A stretch of 64,000 nt of DNA from Polyangiaceae bacterium (lineage in GTDB: Bacteria > Myxococcota_A > Polyangia > Polyangiales > Polyangiaceae): assembly GCA_044376115.1 (NCBI GenBank), contig JBILLK010000035.1, positions 42,183-106,182 on the forward strand. Reading direction: 5' to 3'. How positions within the stretch are numbered: the first letter of the stretch is position 1; the number at the start of each line of letters is the position of its first letter. The notes beneath the pieces are model-generated. The model saw only the letters and a program-made list of their open reading frames with translations. It made no database searches and was not told where the DNA came from. Below are positions 1 through 10,365 of this stretch, in pieces. The position numbers and the translations under genes are program-made.

Positions 1-187
1 CGGCTCCCTCCCTGAGCCGCTACCCATCGCTCGGCCGTGGGGCGTCGAAGCAATGCTCGAGGCCCATCCGGCTCCCGCCAGCCTCCATGCGCGCGGGGGC
101 GCGCGCGTTGCGCTGCTTCGAAGACAACGCTTCGATGGCTTCGCCGCCTCGCATGCCGCCGCCTCCGTCACGTTTCTCCGACGTTTG

Positions 188-1837
188 ATGGTCGAGCTCG
201 TGCGCACCGCGCGCCCGACCCCGCGCTCCTCCCTTCCTCGGCTGCAGGACGTGCTGCCGCTTGCGATCGACGGAGCGCTCGTGGTCGCGGGGAGGGCGAA
301 CGGCGCGACGCGTTCGCTGCTTGATACGGTCGAACCAAACGTCGTCCCCACGCCGGTGACCGTGCGCGACTGGGAGGGCCGTGAGATCTATCGACGGAGC
401 GCCGGGCTCGCCTGCCTCGAGGCCGCTCGGCGAGCGCGCGAGTACGCGGTGACGCTGGGCCCGTCGTGGACCTCGGGGCGACTGATCCTCGGCCTCGATC
501 CAAGTGGCGACCGCGGCGCACAAGCGGCTGCTATCCAGCACGAGCTCGATCAAGTGGTTGGGGAGGCGCTCCCGTTCGAGGAGCTTTCGGTGCATCGCGA
601 TCAGGCGCTTCGACTCTTGGAGGGCACCCAAGCCGGCGTGCTCGTGTCAACGAGCGGAAGTCCATCGGTCGCGCTCAACCGCTTGGGTGGGACGCTGGTG
701 TTGAGCCCAGGACCGCTGTTGCCCAACACAGGCTATCTGCGCGGGCTAACCATCGCTCCCTATGCCGACACCCTCAGCTTGGACTTCGGTCCCAACGTGC
801 GCGACGCCTTGCCGAAGCGCCCGATGAGCACGATGCTCCTCGAGCGCACGTCGCCGCGATACCCAACGGATGCGTCCTCGCGCGGCTGGCTCGAGAAGCT
901 CGGCATCGTAAGCGTCGGGGCCTTCAATCGCGCCTGCATAAGCGGTGAGGTCCGCAACGTGATCGACGTCGCAGAGGGCTTTCACGAAAAACGGATCGCC
1001 GAGCTCGCCGACCTCATCCGCGCGAGACCCGAGGTGAAAATCGTCGCGGTCGCTGGGCCGTCGTCGTCGGGAAAGACCACCTTCCTCAAGCGGCTATCGA
1101 TCCAGCTGCGCGTGGCCGGTCTCCGGCCGGTCGGCCTCTCGCTCGATGACTACTACGTCGACCGCGAGCAGAACGTCCGCGATGCGTCCGGGGAGTACGA
1201 CTTCGAAGCGCTCGAGGCGATCAATCTTTCGCTCTTTGGCGAGCACATCGCGGCGCTGCTCGAGGGGCGTACGATCAACACCGCTCGCTACGACTTTGTC
1301 ACCGGAAAGAGCGCTCCTGCGGGCGGAGAAGCGCTCAGCCTGGGCCAAGGCGACGTGCTGCTCGTGGAAGGGATTCACGGGCTCAACCCCAGCGTGTTCC
1401 CCGACGCTGCGACGTCGTCGCTGTTTCGTGTCTTCATCCACCCGGCGACTTCGCTGCCGTTCGATTCGCTGTCCACGCTGGAGCCGGCCGATGTCCGGCT
1501 GCTGCGCAGGATCGTGCGCGATCGGCACAGCCGTGGAACCAGCGCCGCGCAAAACCTTGCGCGTTGGCCCAGCGTTCGCCGCGGTGAGCGGCTCCACATC
1601 GATCCGCATCGGCCTCAAGCCGACTTCGTCTTCGATACCTCGCTCATCTACGAGCTGAGCGTGCTGCGGGTCTTTGCCGAGCGCTACCTGCTCGAGGTTC
1701 GCGACGACTCGCCGCAGCACCCCGGTGCGCTGCGCCTGCTGCGTTGGATGGCGCCGTTCGTGCCGATCTATCCGGATCGGGTCCCACCGACGTCGATCCT
1801 TCGCGAGTTCATCGGCGGTAGCGGGTTCAGTTACTGA
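188..1837 (+). CDS. Nucleoside (uridine) kinase family protein with ThrRS-like N-terminal region
   Basis: Walker A AGPSSSGKTT, LSLDDYY, VEGIHGLNP, RLLRRIVRD, SILREFIGGS C-terminus. ATG 188 gives ~549 aa; the ORF is open from 53. Confidence 0.85.
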   Translation: MVELVRTARPTPRSSLPRLQDVLPLAIDGALVVAGRANGATRSLLDTVEPNVVPTPVTVRDWEGREIYRRSAGLACLEAARRAREYAVTLGPSWTSGRLILGLDPSGDRGAQAAAIQHELDQVVGEALPFEELSVHRDQALRLLEGTQAGVLVSTSGSPSVALNRLGGTLVLSPGPLLPNTGYLRGLTIAPYADTLSLDFGPNVRDALPKRPMSTMLLERTSPRYPTDASSRGWLEKLGIVSVGAFNRACISGEVRNVIDVAEGFHEKRIAELADLIRARPEVKIVAVAGPSSSGKTTFLKRLSIQLRVAGLRPVGLSLDDYYVDREQNVRDASGEYDFEALEAINLSLFGEHIAALLEGRTINTARYDFVTGKSAPAGGEALSLGQGDVLLVEGIHGLNPSVFPDAATSSLFRVFIHPATSLPFDSLSTLEPADVRLLRRIVRDRHSRGTSAAQNLARWPSVRRGERLHIDPHRPQADFVFDTSLIYELSVLRVFAERYLLEVRDDSPQHPGALRLLRWMAPFVPIYPDRVPPTSILREFIGGSGFSY

Positions 1838-1967
1838 GTGCTCCTCTGGCCCCCGCCTGTCGCGCTACGCGGCGCGACTGCCCCGTGCGTGTCGCAGTCG
1901 TCGTCGTCGAGGTGCGGCTTTGGCTAGTTGTTGCGATGGAACGCGCGTTGCTGTGCGCCTACCTCAA

Positions 1968-3185
1968 ATGCGTACTGGCTCCACTTTGCTCGCGGCTTGT
2001 GTCCTCTCAGCTGGGTTCGCTGTTGGCTGCGATGATGGAGGTTCAGGCGGTGACGCGACGGGCAATGCGGGGGCCTCGCAAGGGGGCGCTGACTCGGACG
2101 GAGGTGCCAGCTCGTCGGGCGGTAACGGCGCTGGCGGTGGCAACGCGGGCGGCGGTGACATCGGCGGCAGTGGCGCAGGCGGCGGCAACACGGGCTTGCT
2201 ACCTGTGTTCGTCGCCGTGGGTGATGGCGGCTTCACGGCGACCTCGTGCGATCGCGGCCGAACCTGGACGTCTCACTACTTCAGCGCCGAGATGGAAGAT
2301 CACAGCCCCTGGACCGCGTTCGGCGGCATCGCGTTTGGCCAAGGCGCGTTCGCGGTCGGGCTCGGTTGGGGCTTTCCGGGTCACGTTCTGCACTCCACCA
2401 ACGGTCTCGACTTCGTCGATCTGCCGCAGAGCAGCTTCCTCGAGAACGGCAAGGTGATCGGCTACGACAGCAGCACCGCGGGGGTCGTGCACGACGGCAC
2501 GTCGTTTGTGCTTTTCGGTAACCCGGTGTTTCGCTCGAACGACGCGCAGACGTGGACGGCGACCAACATTTCGCTCCCTCCGGGGAGCCACCAGCTACGT
2601 CAGGTGCGAGCGTTCCCGTCGCAACAGCTGATCGTCGCCAGCCTCGAGAAGCAATACGACGATGGCTCGAGCCAAGCGATCGGTCACTTCCTGGCCGTCA
2701 GCGCCGATGGCGGCGCAACCTGGGCCCAGGGCACCGGATACGACCCTGACTGCTCCGACCCCATTCAACACGTCGGTGATATCGAAATGCTCGGCGACGT
2801 GCTGCTCGTGGGAGCGAAGCGGCTGTGCCGCTCGACCGACGCAGGTGCCACTTGGACGTCGTTCGCTGCGCCAACCGACGGCGATCTCGGTGACCTCTTC
2901 TCCGATGGCACGGCCTTCTACGCGACCCCCAACCAGTACGCTTCGAGCGGCGTCGTGCTCCGCTCGGAGGACGGGATCACCTGGTCCGAGTTTGCCGACG
3001 TCGGAGCGCCCATCACCTTCGGCGCGTACGGCGATGGCACGATGGTCGCCGCTCCGAAAGGCGGCGTGCCCAGCTTCTTCTTCAGCGACGACGGCGAAAC
3101 CTGGTCCCAAGGAGAGTTCTCCACCGATCTAGCGAACGTCACCTTGCGCGAGATCGGCGTGGGCATGGTCGAGCACTGCCCGTAG
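1968..3185 (+). CDS. Lipoprotein with Gly-rich linker and BNR/Asp-box (sialidase-like propeller) repeats
   Basis: Signal peptide ending AVGC; repeated SxDGGxTW-like boxes (SCDRGRTW, SADGGATW, STDAGATW, SEDGITW, SDDGETW). Confidence 0.75.
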   Translation: MRTGSTLLAACVLSAGFAVGCDDGGSGGDATGNAGASQGGADSDGGASSSGGNGAGGGNAGGGDIGGSGAGGGNTGLLPVFVAVGDGGFTATSCDRGRTWTSHYFSAEMEDHSPWTAFGGIAFGQGAFAVGLGWGFPGHVLHSTNGLDFVDLPQSSFLENGKVIGYDSSTAGVVHDGTSFVLFGNPVFRSNDAQTWTATNISLPPGSHQLRQVRAFPSQQLIVASLEKQYDDGSSQAIGHFLAVSADGGATWAQGTGYDPDCSDPIQHVGDIEMLGDVLLVGAKRLCRSTDAGATWTSFAAPTDGDLGDLFSDGTAFYATPNQYASSGVVLRSEDGITWSEFADVGAPITFGAYGDGTMVAAPKGGVPSFFFSDDGETWSQGEFSTDLANVTLREIGVGMVEHCP

Positions 3186-3264
3186 CCCGTGCTGATTCGG
3201 CACCTACTTCCCACCGCGCTCAGCTGCTCACCCGAGCTCTCGCTCTGAGCTATCATGAAGCGCC

Positions 3265-4044
3265 ATGACGCAGCCTTGGTCGCTAGATCCGAACGATCCT
3301 CGCGCCCCGACCTCCGAGGTTTGGAACGCCATGTCGCCCGCCGAGCGCGCGCGCGTGGTGGCCTCGCTCCCTACCGACTGGGAGGACGCTTTGCCGTCCG
3401 AGGGAGATCCTCATTGGGTGCCGAAGGTCAACGCGCGCAAGACGCTCGAACGCTACTTTTCGCGGCTCGGTCGCAAAGCGTACGTGGGCTCGGAGCTGGC
3501 GATCTACTACCCCGGCGAACGGACCTTCGCTCCCGACGTGTTCGCCGTGCTCGACGTCGAGCCCCATGAACGCGACCGCTGGGTGGTGGACCAGGAGCAG
3601 CGCGGGCTCGACTGGGTGATGGAGATCCACGTAGCGGGGGATCGGCGCAAGGACCACATCCGTAACGTCGACTGGTTCGCTCGCCTCGGCATCCCCGAGT
3701 ACTTCATCTACGACCGCGGCAAACTGCGCATCTCGGCGTGGCAGCTGGAGACCACCGCGGAGGGGCGCCGCTACGTGCCGATGCTGCCGCAACGAGGCCG
3801 CTACATCTCGCGCGTGCTCGGCCTCGAAATCGGCATCCTCGATTCGAAGTTGCGTTTCTTCTCCTTGGACGCTGAGTTGCCGGAAGCGGAGGAGCTCATC
3901 TTCAAGCTCGAACGTGCCGTCTCCGATCTCGAGCGGCGGGCGGAGGAAGAGTCGCGGCGGGCGGAGGAAGAGTCGCGGCGGGCGGAGACCGCTGAAGAGC
4001 GGCTCGCAGAGGCGCTGCGCGAGATCGAACGCCTCAAGCGCTGA
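3265..4044 (+). CDS. Uma2 family (PD-(D/E)XK) endonuclease with coiled-coil tail
   Basis: PSEGDPH, FAPDVFAV, WVMEI, LGIPEYFIYD motifs; RRAEEES heptad tail. Confidence 0.85.
   Translation: MTQPWSLDPNDPRAPTSEVWNAMSPAERARVVASLPTDWEDALPSEGDPHWVPKVNARKTLERYFSRLGRKAYVGSELAIYYPGERTFAPDVFAVLDVEPHERDRWVVDQEQRGLDWVMEIHVAGDRRKDHIRNVDWFARLGIPEYFIYDRGKLRISAWQLETTAEGRRYVPMLPQRGRYISRVLGLEIGILDSKLRFFSLDAELPEAEELIFKLERAVSDLERRAEEESRRAEEESRRAETAEERLAEALREIERLKR
3932..3987 (+). repeat. 21-bp in-frame tandem repeat (RRAEEES)
   Basis: gcggcgggcggaggaagagtc twice plus a partial third copy. Confidence 0.85.
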
Positions 4045-4062
4045 GCCACGCTCGCGCTGGCC

Positions 4063-4953
4063 TCAGGCCCGTAAGCGGCCCAAGGCCTCGACCAGGAAGT
4101 CGAGCACGGCGCGCACGCGAGGCGACGACCGCAGATCCTTGTGGACGGTGAGCCAGACCGACTCGGTGGGTTCATTTGGCATCGGCAAATAACGCAGCGA
4201 AGGCTCAGCATCGCCGAGGTAACGAGGCAGGATCGCGATGCCGGCATCGGCGCGCGCTGCCTCGCGCAGCGCGATCGAGAGCGTGCTGACGAAGCCTACG
4301 TGCGCCTTTGGACAGAGCCGCTTGAGCCAGACGGTCTCGAGCTCCTTGGCGCCGGGCGGTCCGAGAAAGCTAAAGTCGGCGATCGTCTCCAAGCCGAACG
4401 TTGGTCGCTGCGCCAGGTAGTTGTGGGAGGCGTAGAGACCATAGCCAATCGAGGCTACGCGCCGCACGACGAGGTTCTCGCCCTTCGACTTGAAGCAGCG
4501 AACGGCGATCTCCGCCTCCTGCCGCCCAAGATCGAGCACGGTGCCCGCCGGCTCCAGCTCGATCACCAGGTCCGGGTGTTTGCGCCCAAAAGCCGCGAGC
4601 GCCGGCGCGAGAAACGCCACACCCAGCGTCTCCGGTGAGGTCACGCGCACGCTTCCCTCGAGCCCGCCCCGACCGGCGTGCACCACCCGTTCAAGCGAGT
4701 CGACCGCACCTTCTACGGTGCGCATCGGCGCCGAAAGGCGCTTGGCCTCCGGCGTCGGTACGTAGCCTGCGCGCGTGCGGGTGAAGAGCCGAACGCCGAG
4801 CGCGGCCTCTGCGGCCTCGACTCGGCGCCCCACGGTGGTGTGATCCACTTGCAGCGACTTGGCCGCGCGGGCGAGCGAACCCGCGTCGATCAGGGCGAGC
4901 ACGAAGCGAAGGTCATCCCATTGCAGCCTTGTGGATTTATGCACGTACGCCAT
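4063..4953 (-). CDS. LysR family transcriptional regulator
   Basis: WDDLRFVLAL..GSLARAAKSLQVDHTTVGRRV HTH, LFTRT, GSVRVT, SPRVRAVLDFL. Exact start uncertain. Confidence 0.92.
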   Translation of the reverse strand: MAYVHKSTRLQWDDLRFVLALIDAGSLARAAKSLQVDHTTVGRRVEAAEAALGVRLFTRTRAGYVPTPEAKRLSAPMRTVEGAVDSLERVVHAGRGGLEGSVRVTSPETLGVAFLAPALAAFGRKHPDLVIELEPAGTVLDLGRQEAEIAVRCFKSKGENLVVRRVASIGYGLYASHNYLAQRPTFGLETIADFSFLGPPGAKELETVWLKRLCPKAHVGFVSTLSIALREAARADAGIAILPRYLGDAEPSLRYLPMPNEPTESVWLTVHKDLRSSPRVRAVLDFLVEALGRLRA

Positions 4954-4994
4954 ATGTCGCACGACATTGTTGCACGGGCCGCGCGCGAAGATGA

Positions 4995-6191
4995 CTACGG
5001 CTGCTTCACCTCTGCCCTGAACTCGCGGTGCAGCCCAAGGCCGCCCTCGAACTCGGGCGCGCTGAGTCGCAAGCTGCACGTTCCGCTCGCGTGCAACAGC
5101 GCGGCCTGTTGCAGGCGGTGATCCGCAAACGGCGACAGGTTCGGCTGCTGCTCGATCGCGCAGACCTCGGGCGTGAGGCTCTCCAGCGTGAACCATGCCT
5201 CGTCGAGCGGTGAACAGAGCTTGGTGCCGTCGACGGCCTCATCGACGGTGAGCACCTGGATAGGTCGCGCCCAATCGATCGCGACTTCATCGCCGTTCTC
5301 GAGCGGCGCCCAGACTTTGACCTCGATACCGAACTCGACCTCCGTGGTTACGCGCTTCGCTTCAACGACCTCGACGACGGTGGGCGAACCAAAGGGCGCC
5401 TCCAGCTCGAGCAGGCCCGCCGTCTCCGGCGTGAGCAGGTTCACGGTGCCTTCACTCGCGGGCCCGTCGGGAGCCGTCAGCTGCACCGGTTCGAGCGGCT
5501 CTGTGCTGCGAATGGTCAGCGTCGCTGGGTGGCGCGGGTTGGCGTTGCTGGGCTGGAACACGACATCCTTGCCGTCTACCAGCGCGAAGCCCGGGACGAC
5601 GCGAACGTTGGTAGCGACGCGCACGACCGGCTCGTCGTAACAATCGGAGAACTGCACCGCGAGCTGTTTGGGCCGGCGCACCTGAACCACCATCACGTCG
5701 CTGGTCGCTACAGTGCTACTGGGCGCAAAGCCGCATTCGGGACCCTCAGCGCTGACCTCGTATTCGCCTTTGATGGTCAAGGTGGCCGTCCCCTCGCTGT
5801 GGAGCGTGAGGACCAAGTTGCCTTGCTCGTCGAGCTTGCCGGTGGCGGACTCCGACGAGCCGTTGTCCACCGAGAGTGCTCGATACCGCCCGCCCAGCGG
5901 GCTCGAGCAAGCCGTCCAGCGCTTACCCGTCATCGTCTGCGTGATGACCGTCGGATAGCCATCGCCCAGCGCGTAATCGACCGCGCCTTTGAAGAAGAGC
6001 TCGCTGCCATCGTCGCTGGGCTTGCCAAACGCGCTCGGGTTGAACGGGTGTGCGTCGATCGGCTCGAGCGGGATGGTCTGCTCGAACGTTTCGTCGACCG
6101 CTTCCTCCTCTCGCTTAAGCTGCGTGTGAGCAGCGCAACCAACATGAACGAGGCCAACAAGAACGAACATCGCGGGGGCTAGGAGGCGCAT
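4995..6191 (-). CDS. Hypothetical lipoprotein
   Basis: MRLLAPAMFVLVGLVHVGC signal/lipobox; beta-rich body; GC3-biased frame. Confidence 0.65.
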   Translation of the reverse strand: MRLLAPAMFVLVGLVHVGCAAHTQLKREEEAVDETFEQTIPLEPIDAHPFNPSAFGKPSDDGSELFFKGAVDYALGDGYPTVITQTMTGKRWTACSSPLGGRYRALSVDNGSSESATGKLDEQGNLVLTLHSEGTATLTIKGEYEVSAEGPECGFAPSSTVATSDVMVVQVRRPKQLAVQFSDCYDEPVVRVATNVRVVPGFALVDGKDVVFQPSNANPRHPATLTIRSTEPLEPVQLTAPDGPASEGTVNLLTPETAGLLELEAPFGSPTVVEVVEAKRVTTEVEFGIEVKVWAPLENGDEVAIDWARPIQVLTVDEAVDGTKLCSPLDEAWFTLESLTPEVCAIEQQPNLSPFADHRLQQAALLHASGTCSLRLSAPEFEGGLGLHREFRAEVKQP

Positions 6192-6306
6192 GGGGTGACC
6201 TTTCGCAAGTGGGTAACCCGCTTTTGGTAACGCGCGGCAACCTGTGGGACCACGCCCAACGCTGCCCGGTGGTCGTGCAATAATGCACAAGCGCTGGATA
6301 TGCTCG

Positions 6307-6744
6307 TTACCGCGCCGTTGCGACCGCGCGCATCCGCGCGAGGAGCGTCTTGACCCTCTCGGGATTGCCCTCAATGACGACGATCCGGCCGCGAGCTCGG
6401 TCGAGCCTTACCTGGTCGTAGACGGGTCCTTCGAGGCGATTGGTCCGCAGAACGATGCCGTCGAAGTCGGAGAGCGCAGGATCGCAGTCGATGTTTTGTT
6501 GGCCGATGTCGGGAATGAGAAATGCGTCGAAGCCGCCGAATGCGTAGTGAGGGTTGTGGCTGTACATGTTGCTGAACGTCTGTCGGTCTCCCTTCGCGAG
6601 GATGAAACGCTTAACGGTCAGGAACGTCGCACCGCTGAGCGCATCGCTCGAGGACGCTGCGGATCCGCCGGAGTGCGAGGGTGCACCACCACAGCCAACC
6701 ACGCATGCGAAGATGAGTACGAGACAGGAGAGGGCCTTGAACAC
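6307..6744 (-). CDS. Hypothetical lipoprotein
   Basis: Hydrophobic signal ending VVGC followed by Gly/Ser linker. Confidence 0.6.
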   Translation of the reverse strand: MFKALSCLVLIFACVVGCGGAPSHSGGSAASSSDALSGATFLTVKRFILAKGDRQTFSNMYSHNPHYAFGGFDAFLIPDIGQQNIDCDPALSDFDGIVLRTNRLEGPVYDQVRLDRARGRIVVIEGNPERVKTLLARMRAVATAR

Positions 6745-6868
6745 GGCCGAACGGTAGCGCTTCGTTACCAGGAAGACAGCAGTCTAGGGCTTCGCGCGAC
6801 GCTCGCGGATCGTGGGGCGGCGCGGCAAACGCAGCCGCTCCGCTGCCCGAACGAGTACGTTGCGTTCG

Positions 6869-6893
6869 ACGCTTGAACAGGTTGTTCAAGCGT
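6869..6893. promoter_or_regulatory. Perfect 11-bp inverted repeat, operator/UAS-like
   Basis: ACGCTTGAACA-GGT-TGTTCAAGCGT in a divergent intergenic region. Confidence 0.55.
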
Positions 6894-6939
6894 TGCACAG
6901 CGGCCGTGCGCAGCCGTCGCTGCCAGTACGAAGTTTCGC

Positions 6940-6955
6940 TGGCACGAGCGGTGCT
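6940..6955 (+). promoter_or_regulatory. Putative sigma54 (-24/-12) promoter of the PrsW-family gene
   Basis: TGGCACGAGCGGTGCT fits TGGCAC-N5-xTGC (GG-N10-GC), ~40 bp before the TTG start. Confidence 0.6.
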
Positions 6956-6996
6956 CCGAAAAAGTCAATGCTCAATTCACTCAAAGGAAAAGACGT

Positions 6997-8052
6997 TTGA
7001 ACGCGCTGCTCCTCACCATCAGCGCCATCCTGCCGAGCCTCCTGATCATGCGCTACTTCCATGCGCGAACGCGGTACCCCGCGCCGCGCCGGGTGCTCTG
7101 GTCAACCTTCGGGCTGGGCGTGCTTTCGGTCTTCGGCATCTTCATGATCCTGAACTTGCTGCGGGTGTTTCACGGCGTTGGCAGGCCGGTTGTCGCTGGG
7201 GCCGTTCGAGCGTTCTTCTGCGCCGCCATCCCCGAGGAGGCGCTCAAGCTGCTGGTGCTCGTGGGGTACTGTGCGCGACGGCGTGAGTACGACAAGCCGA
7301 TCGACGGGCTGGTGTATGGCGCTGCAGCGTCGCTGGGCTTCGCGACCATCGAGAACGTCGCGTATGTCGCAGAGAACGGCTTCACCGTCGCCGTCCTGCG
7401 AGCCTTCACCGCGGTCCCTTCGCACGCCTTCTCTGGGGCGATCCTCGGCTGGTATGTGTCGCAATGGAAGTTTGGCCGTGACACCTACGCGGTGCCCAAA
7501 GGCTATGCGTTGGTCGTCGTCCTGCATGGTCTCTACGACTGGCCGCTGATGACGCTCGAGTACCTCAAGGCTGCTTCGGCACCCAAGTCGCAGACGGATC
7601 TCGCGTTGCTCTTCGCGGTGTGTGTCACCCTGCCGATCGTCGCGATCGACGTGCTGTGGGCGAGGCACCTGCTGCTGCGCGCGCGTGCCGAGCAAGATGG
7701 GCCCGTGACGAAGTCGCGCAATATGCTCGAGGCGCGCCGCCGCATCCTCTCCTCGCTCGCCTCGGTCGATGAGCTGCTGATCGTTGGCGGCGGCAGTCTC
7801 GCGTCGCTCGGCGGCATCATCCTTTGCCTCGTGACGATGTCGAACTTCCTGGGTGGTCCGCCCAAGACCAACGTCTTCATCGGTGCCGTGATCCTGGGCG
7901 CTCCTCCGCTCGGCCTGGGGCTCATGCTCTACACGCGCGGGATTCGACGTCGGGCCGCTCGCCTCGACGCCCAGCGTTTGGCCGCCTGGGAGTCGGCTGC
8001 CGCGCAACCGCTGTACAGCTATCAGAAGCAGACTTCGTTTCGCTCGCTATGA
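6997..8052 (+). CDS. PrsW family intramembrane glutamic protease
   Basis: PEEALK, DGLVYG, LGFATIEN, LRAFTAVPSHA, LHGLYD motifs; multiple TM helices. Confidence 0.9.
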   Translation: MNALLLTISAILPSLLIMRYFHARTRYPAPRRVLWSTFGLGVLSVFGIFMILNLLRVFHGVGRPVVAGAVRAFFCAAIPEEALKLLVLVGYCARRREYDKPIDGLVYGAAASLGFATIENVAYVAENGFTVAVLRAFTAVPSHAFSGAILGWYVSQWKFGRDTYAVPKGYALVVVLHGLYDWPLMTLEYLKAASAPKSQTDLALLFAVCVTLPIVAIDVLWARHLLLRARAEQDGPVTKSRNMLEARRRILSSLASVDELLIVGGGSLASLGGIILCLVTMSNFLGGPPKTNVFIGAVILGAPPLGLGLMLYTRGIRRRAARLDAQRLAAWESAAAQPLYSYQKQTSFRSL

Positions 8053-8107
8053 CGGTTACACTCCGGCCCATCGGAGAGATGGCGGGTAATTCGTTCAACA
8101 GGACCAT

Positions 8108-9822
8108 ATGGCGAGCCCGGGCCAGGCGCAGCCAAAAGCTTCGCCGGGGGCCAAGGCTGTCACGATCGGTCGCTACCAGCTCTACGACGTGATCGGCTCG
8201 GGAGGGATGGCCTCGGTGCATCTCGGGCGAATGAGCGGGAGCGCCGGCTTTACGCGCTTCGTCGCGATCAAGCGGCTTCATCCGCACCTCGCGAGCGGTC
8301 GTGAGTTCTCTGAGCTCTTCCTCGACGAGGCGCGGCTCGCCGCGAGGCTCCGTCACCCGAACATCGTGGAGACGCTCGATGTCGTTCGCGAGGGGAGCGA
8401 TGTGTTGATCGTGATGGAGCTCGTGGAGGGGGCGTCTCTTTCGGTCTTGTCGCGGTCCGCGGCTGCGGTCGGCGCGCGCCTTTCGCCGGCCCTCGTCTCG
8501 GCTGTCGCGCTCGGTATCCTGCGTGGGCTTCACGCGGCGCACATGGCGAAGGCGCCGTCCGGTGCACCGCTCAACATCGTGCACCGTGATGTCTCGCCGC
8601 AGAACGTCCTGATCGGCGTGGATGGCGTCCCGCGCGTGCTCGACTTCGGCGTAGCCCGGGCGAACGGGCAGTTGCACGCGACGAAGAGCGGTGAAGTGCG
8701 CGGCAAGCTCGCGTACATGGCGCCCGAGCATCTGCGCGGCAGCGCGACCCAGAAGAGCGATCTCTACGCCGCCGGCGTCGTGCTTTGGGAGCTGCTCGCC
8801 GGCGAGCGGCTCTACCGTGCCGAGGATGACGCAGCGCTGCTTGGTGCAGTGCTCTACGAAGGGCCCCGCCCGCTCCCGGCTGCTGCCGTCAGCGCCGCTC
8901 CAGCGCTCGCGGCGATCGTCTCCTGTGCGCTCTCGCAAGACCCTGCGGCGCGCTTTCCGAACGCTGCTGCGATGGCCGCGCGATCGAGCAGGCGGTGCCA
9001 CCTTGCTCGTCGAAGCAGCTCGGTGATTGGGTGGAGCGCATCGCACGCCCTCAACTCGCACAGCTCCGTGTCGCGCTCGCGGCGATCGATGAGGAGCCAG
9101 GGCTCGGTACCTTTCGCCTCGCCAAGAAAGAGCCAGCGGCGCCGGTTGCGGTTCCAGTACCAGCGCCGATCCAAGCGCCAGCTCCGGCAGCGATCCAAGC
9201 GCTAGCTCCAGCGCCGATCCAAGCGCCAGCCCCAGCGCCGATTCAAGATCCATCCGTCAACCGTGAGGTCGGCGTAGCAGCAACACTCAAGGCTGGGGAG
9301 CCCTTCGGCCAAGCTCCAATTGCGACCGTTGGGGCTGCACCGCTGATGGCTTCAGCGCCGCCCCCACCGACAGCACCGCAGTGGGCGGGTGCCTATGCTC
9401 CTTCGCACGTTGCTCCCCCGGCGCCTTGGGCAGTTGTCGCCAGGCCCCCTGCTGTTCCTGCCTACGTGCACAACAACGTCTGGCTCTCGCTGGTGATGGC
9501 CGGTGTGCATTTGGCGGTCATGTTCTTCCAGCCCACGCTCCCAGCGATCGTCCTCGGTGGGATCGTTAGTTCGATCTTTGGCTCCAAAAGCGCGATAGCT
9601 GGGGTTGCCGTCCTCCTCGGCTATCTCTGGCTCGCGTCTGGGATCTTTTGGGCGCCCATCAATGCGTATGGCTTGAGCAAGCGTATGCCCTGGTCGCGGA
9701 TGTCCACGCTGGTTTATGCAGCTCTATCCATTCCCACCGGTGTTGGCGCACCCTACGGCGTGCACGCGCTGTTGACGCTGGGCTCACGGCCCGCGCGTGA
9801 CGACTTCGAACGGCGGCACTGA
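8108..9822 (+). pseudogene. Hanks-type Ser/Thr kinase with Pro/Ala linker and C-terminal membrane domain, split by a 1-bp frameshift near 8980
   Basis: IGSGGMASV, VAIKRL, HRDVSPQN, DFG, YMAPE. Adding one base at gccgcg|cgatcgag restores AAMAAAIEQAVPPCSSKQLGDWVE and joins ORF 8995-9822. Confidence 0.8.
9159..9247 (+). repeat. 24-bp in-frame repeats (PAPIQAPA) in the kinase linker
   Basis: ccagcgccgatccaagcg-like units, 3-4 copies. Confidence 0.75.
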
Positions 9823-9837
9823 CCCGCTGCGCTCGTT

Positions 9838-10281
9838 TCACAAGGGCGAGGCGCGCCCCGCGAAGAAGTGATCGCGCTGCGGACGCGTCGCGATGATTGC
9901 GCCAGCGATCAGCGCGACGAAGACGAGATCGCCGATGGCGGCGCTGAGCGCGAGGCCATTCGGTGGGTTGCCGGAGAAGCCGCTCAAGATACGTGCGGCG
10001 TAGAGGGACTTGCCCACCGCGCCGAGCACGACCACGAGCAGGTGGCGTCGCGGGTCGAAGCTCGCCACCGCATATCCGATCGCGAAGAGCAGCGTCTGCC
10101 CCCATGCCCCTCGATAGAGCTCGAGCACGATCGGAGATTCGGCAGGGGCGCCGCTGAAGCGCTGGAAGCTGGCGGCCGGATCGAGGTAGCCCGGGACCGC
10201 GCCCAGCAACGTCCACAGCGCAGTTGCGGCGAGGACATAACGAAAAACGCGCAAGGCTCGGTCTGTAGGATTCGCTTTCAT
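9838..10281 (-). CDS. Hypothetical membrane protein (~4 TM)
   Basis: Hydrophobic helices; follows the Crp-family gene on the same strand. Confidence 0.65.
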   Translation of the reverse strand: MKANPTDRALRVFRYVLAATALWTLLGAVPGYLDPAASFQRFSGAPAESPIVLELYRGAWGQTLLFAIGYAVASFDPRRHLLVVVLGAVGKSLYAARILSGFSGNPPNGLALSAAIGDLVFVALIAGAIIATRPQRDHFFAGRASPL

Positions 10282-10365
10282 GACCGAACGTTGCCGGACT
10301 GGCCCGCCCGAGTCCTTTACATAGGTCGAGAATCGAAGAACTCGACTACCGAAAGGAGCGCGCGT

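Noticed and set aside
8960..9000. Programmed ribosomal frameshift in the kinase
   Set aside because: No slippery sequence or evident stimulatory structure; an indel is simpler.
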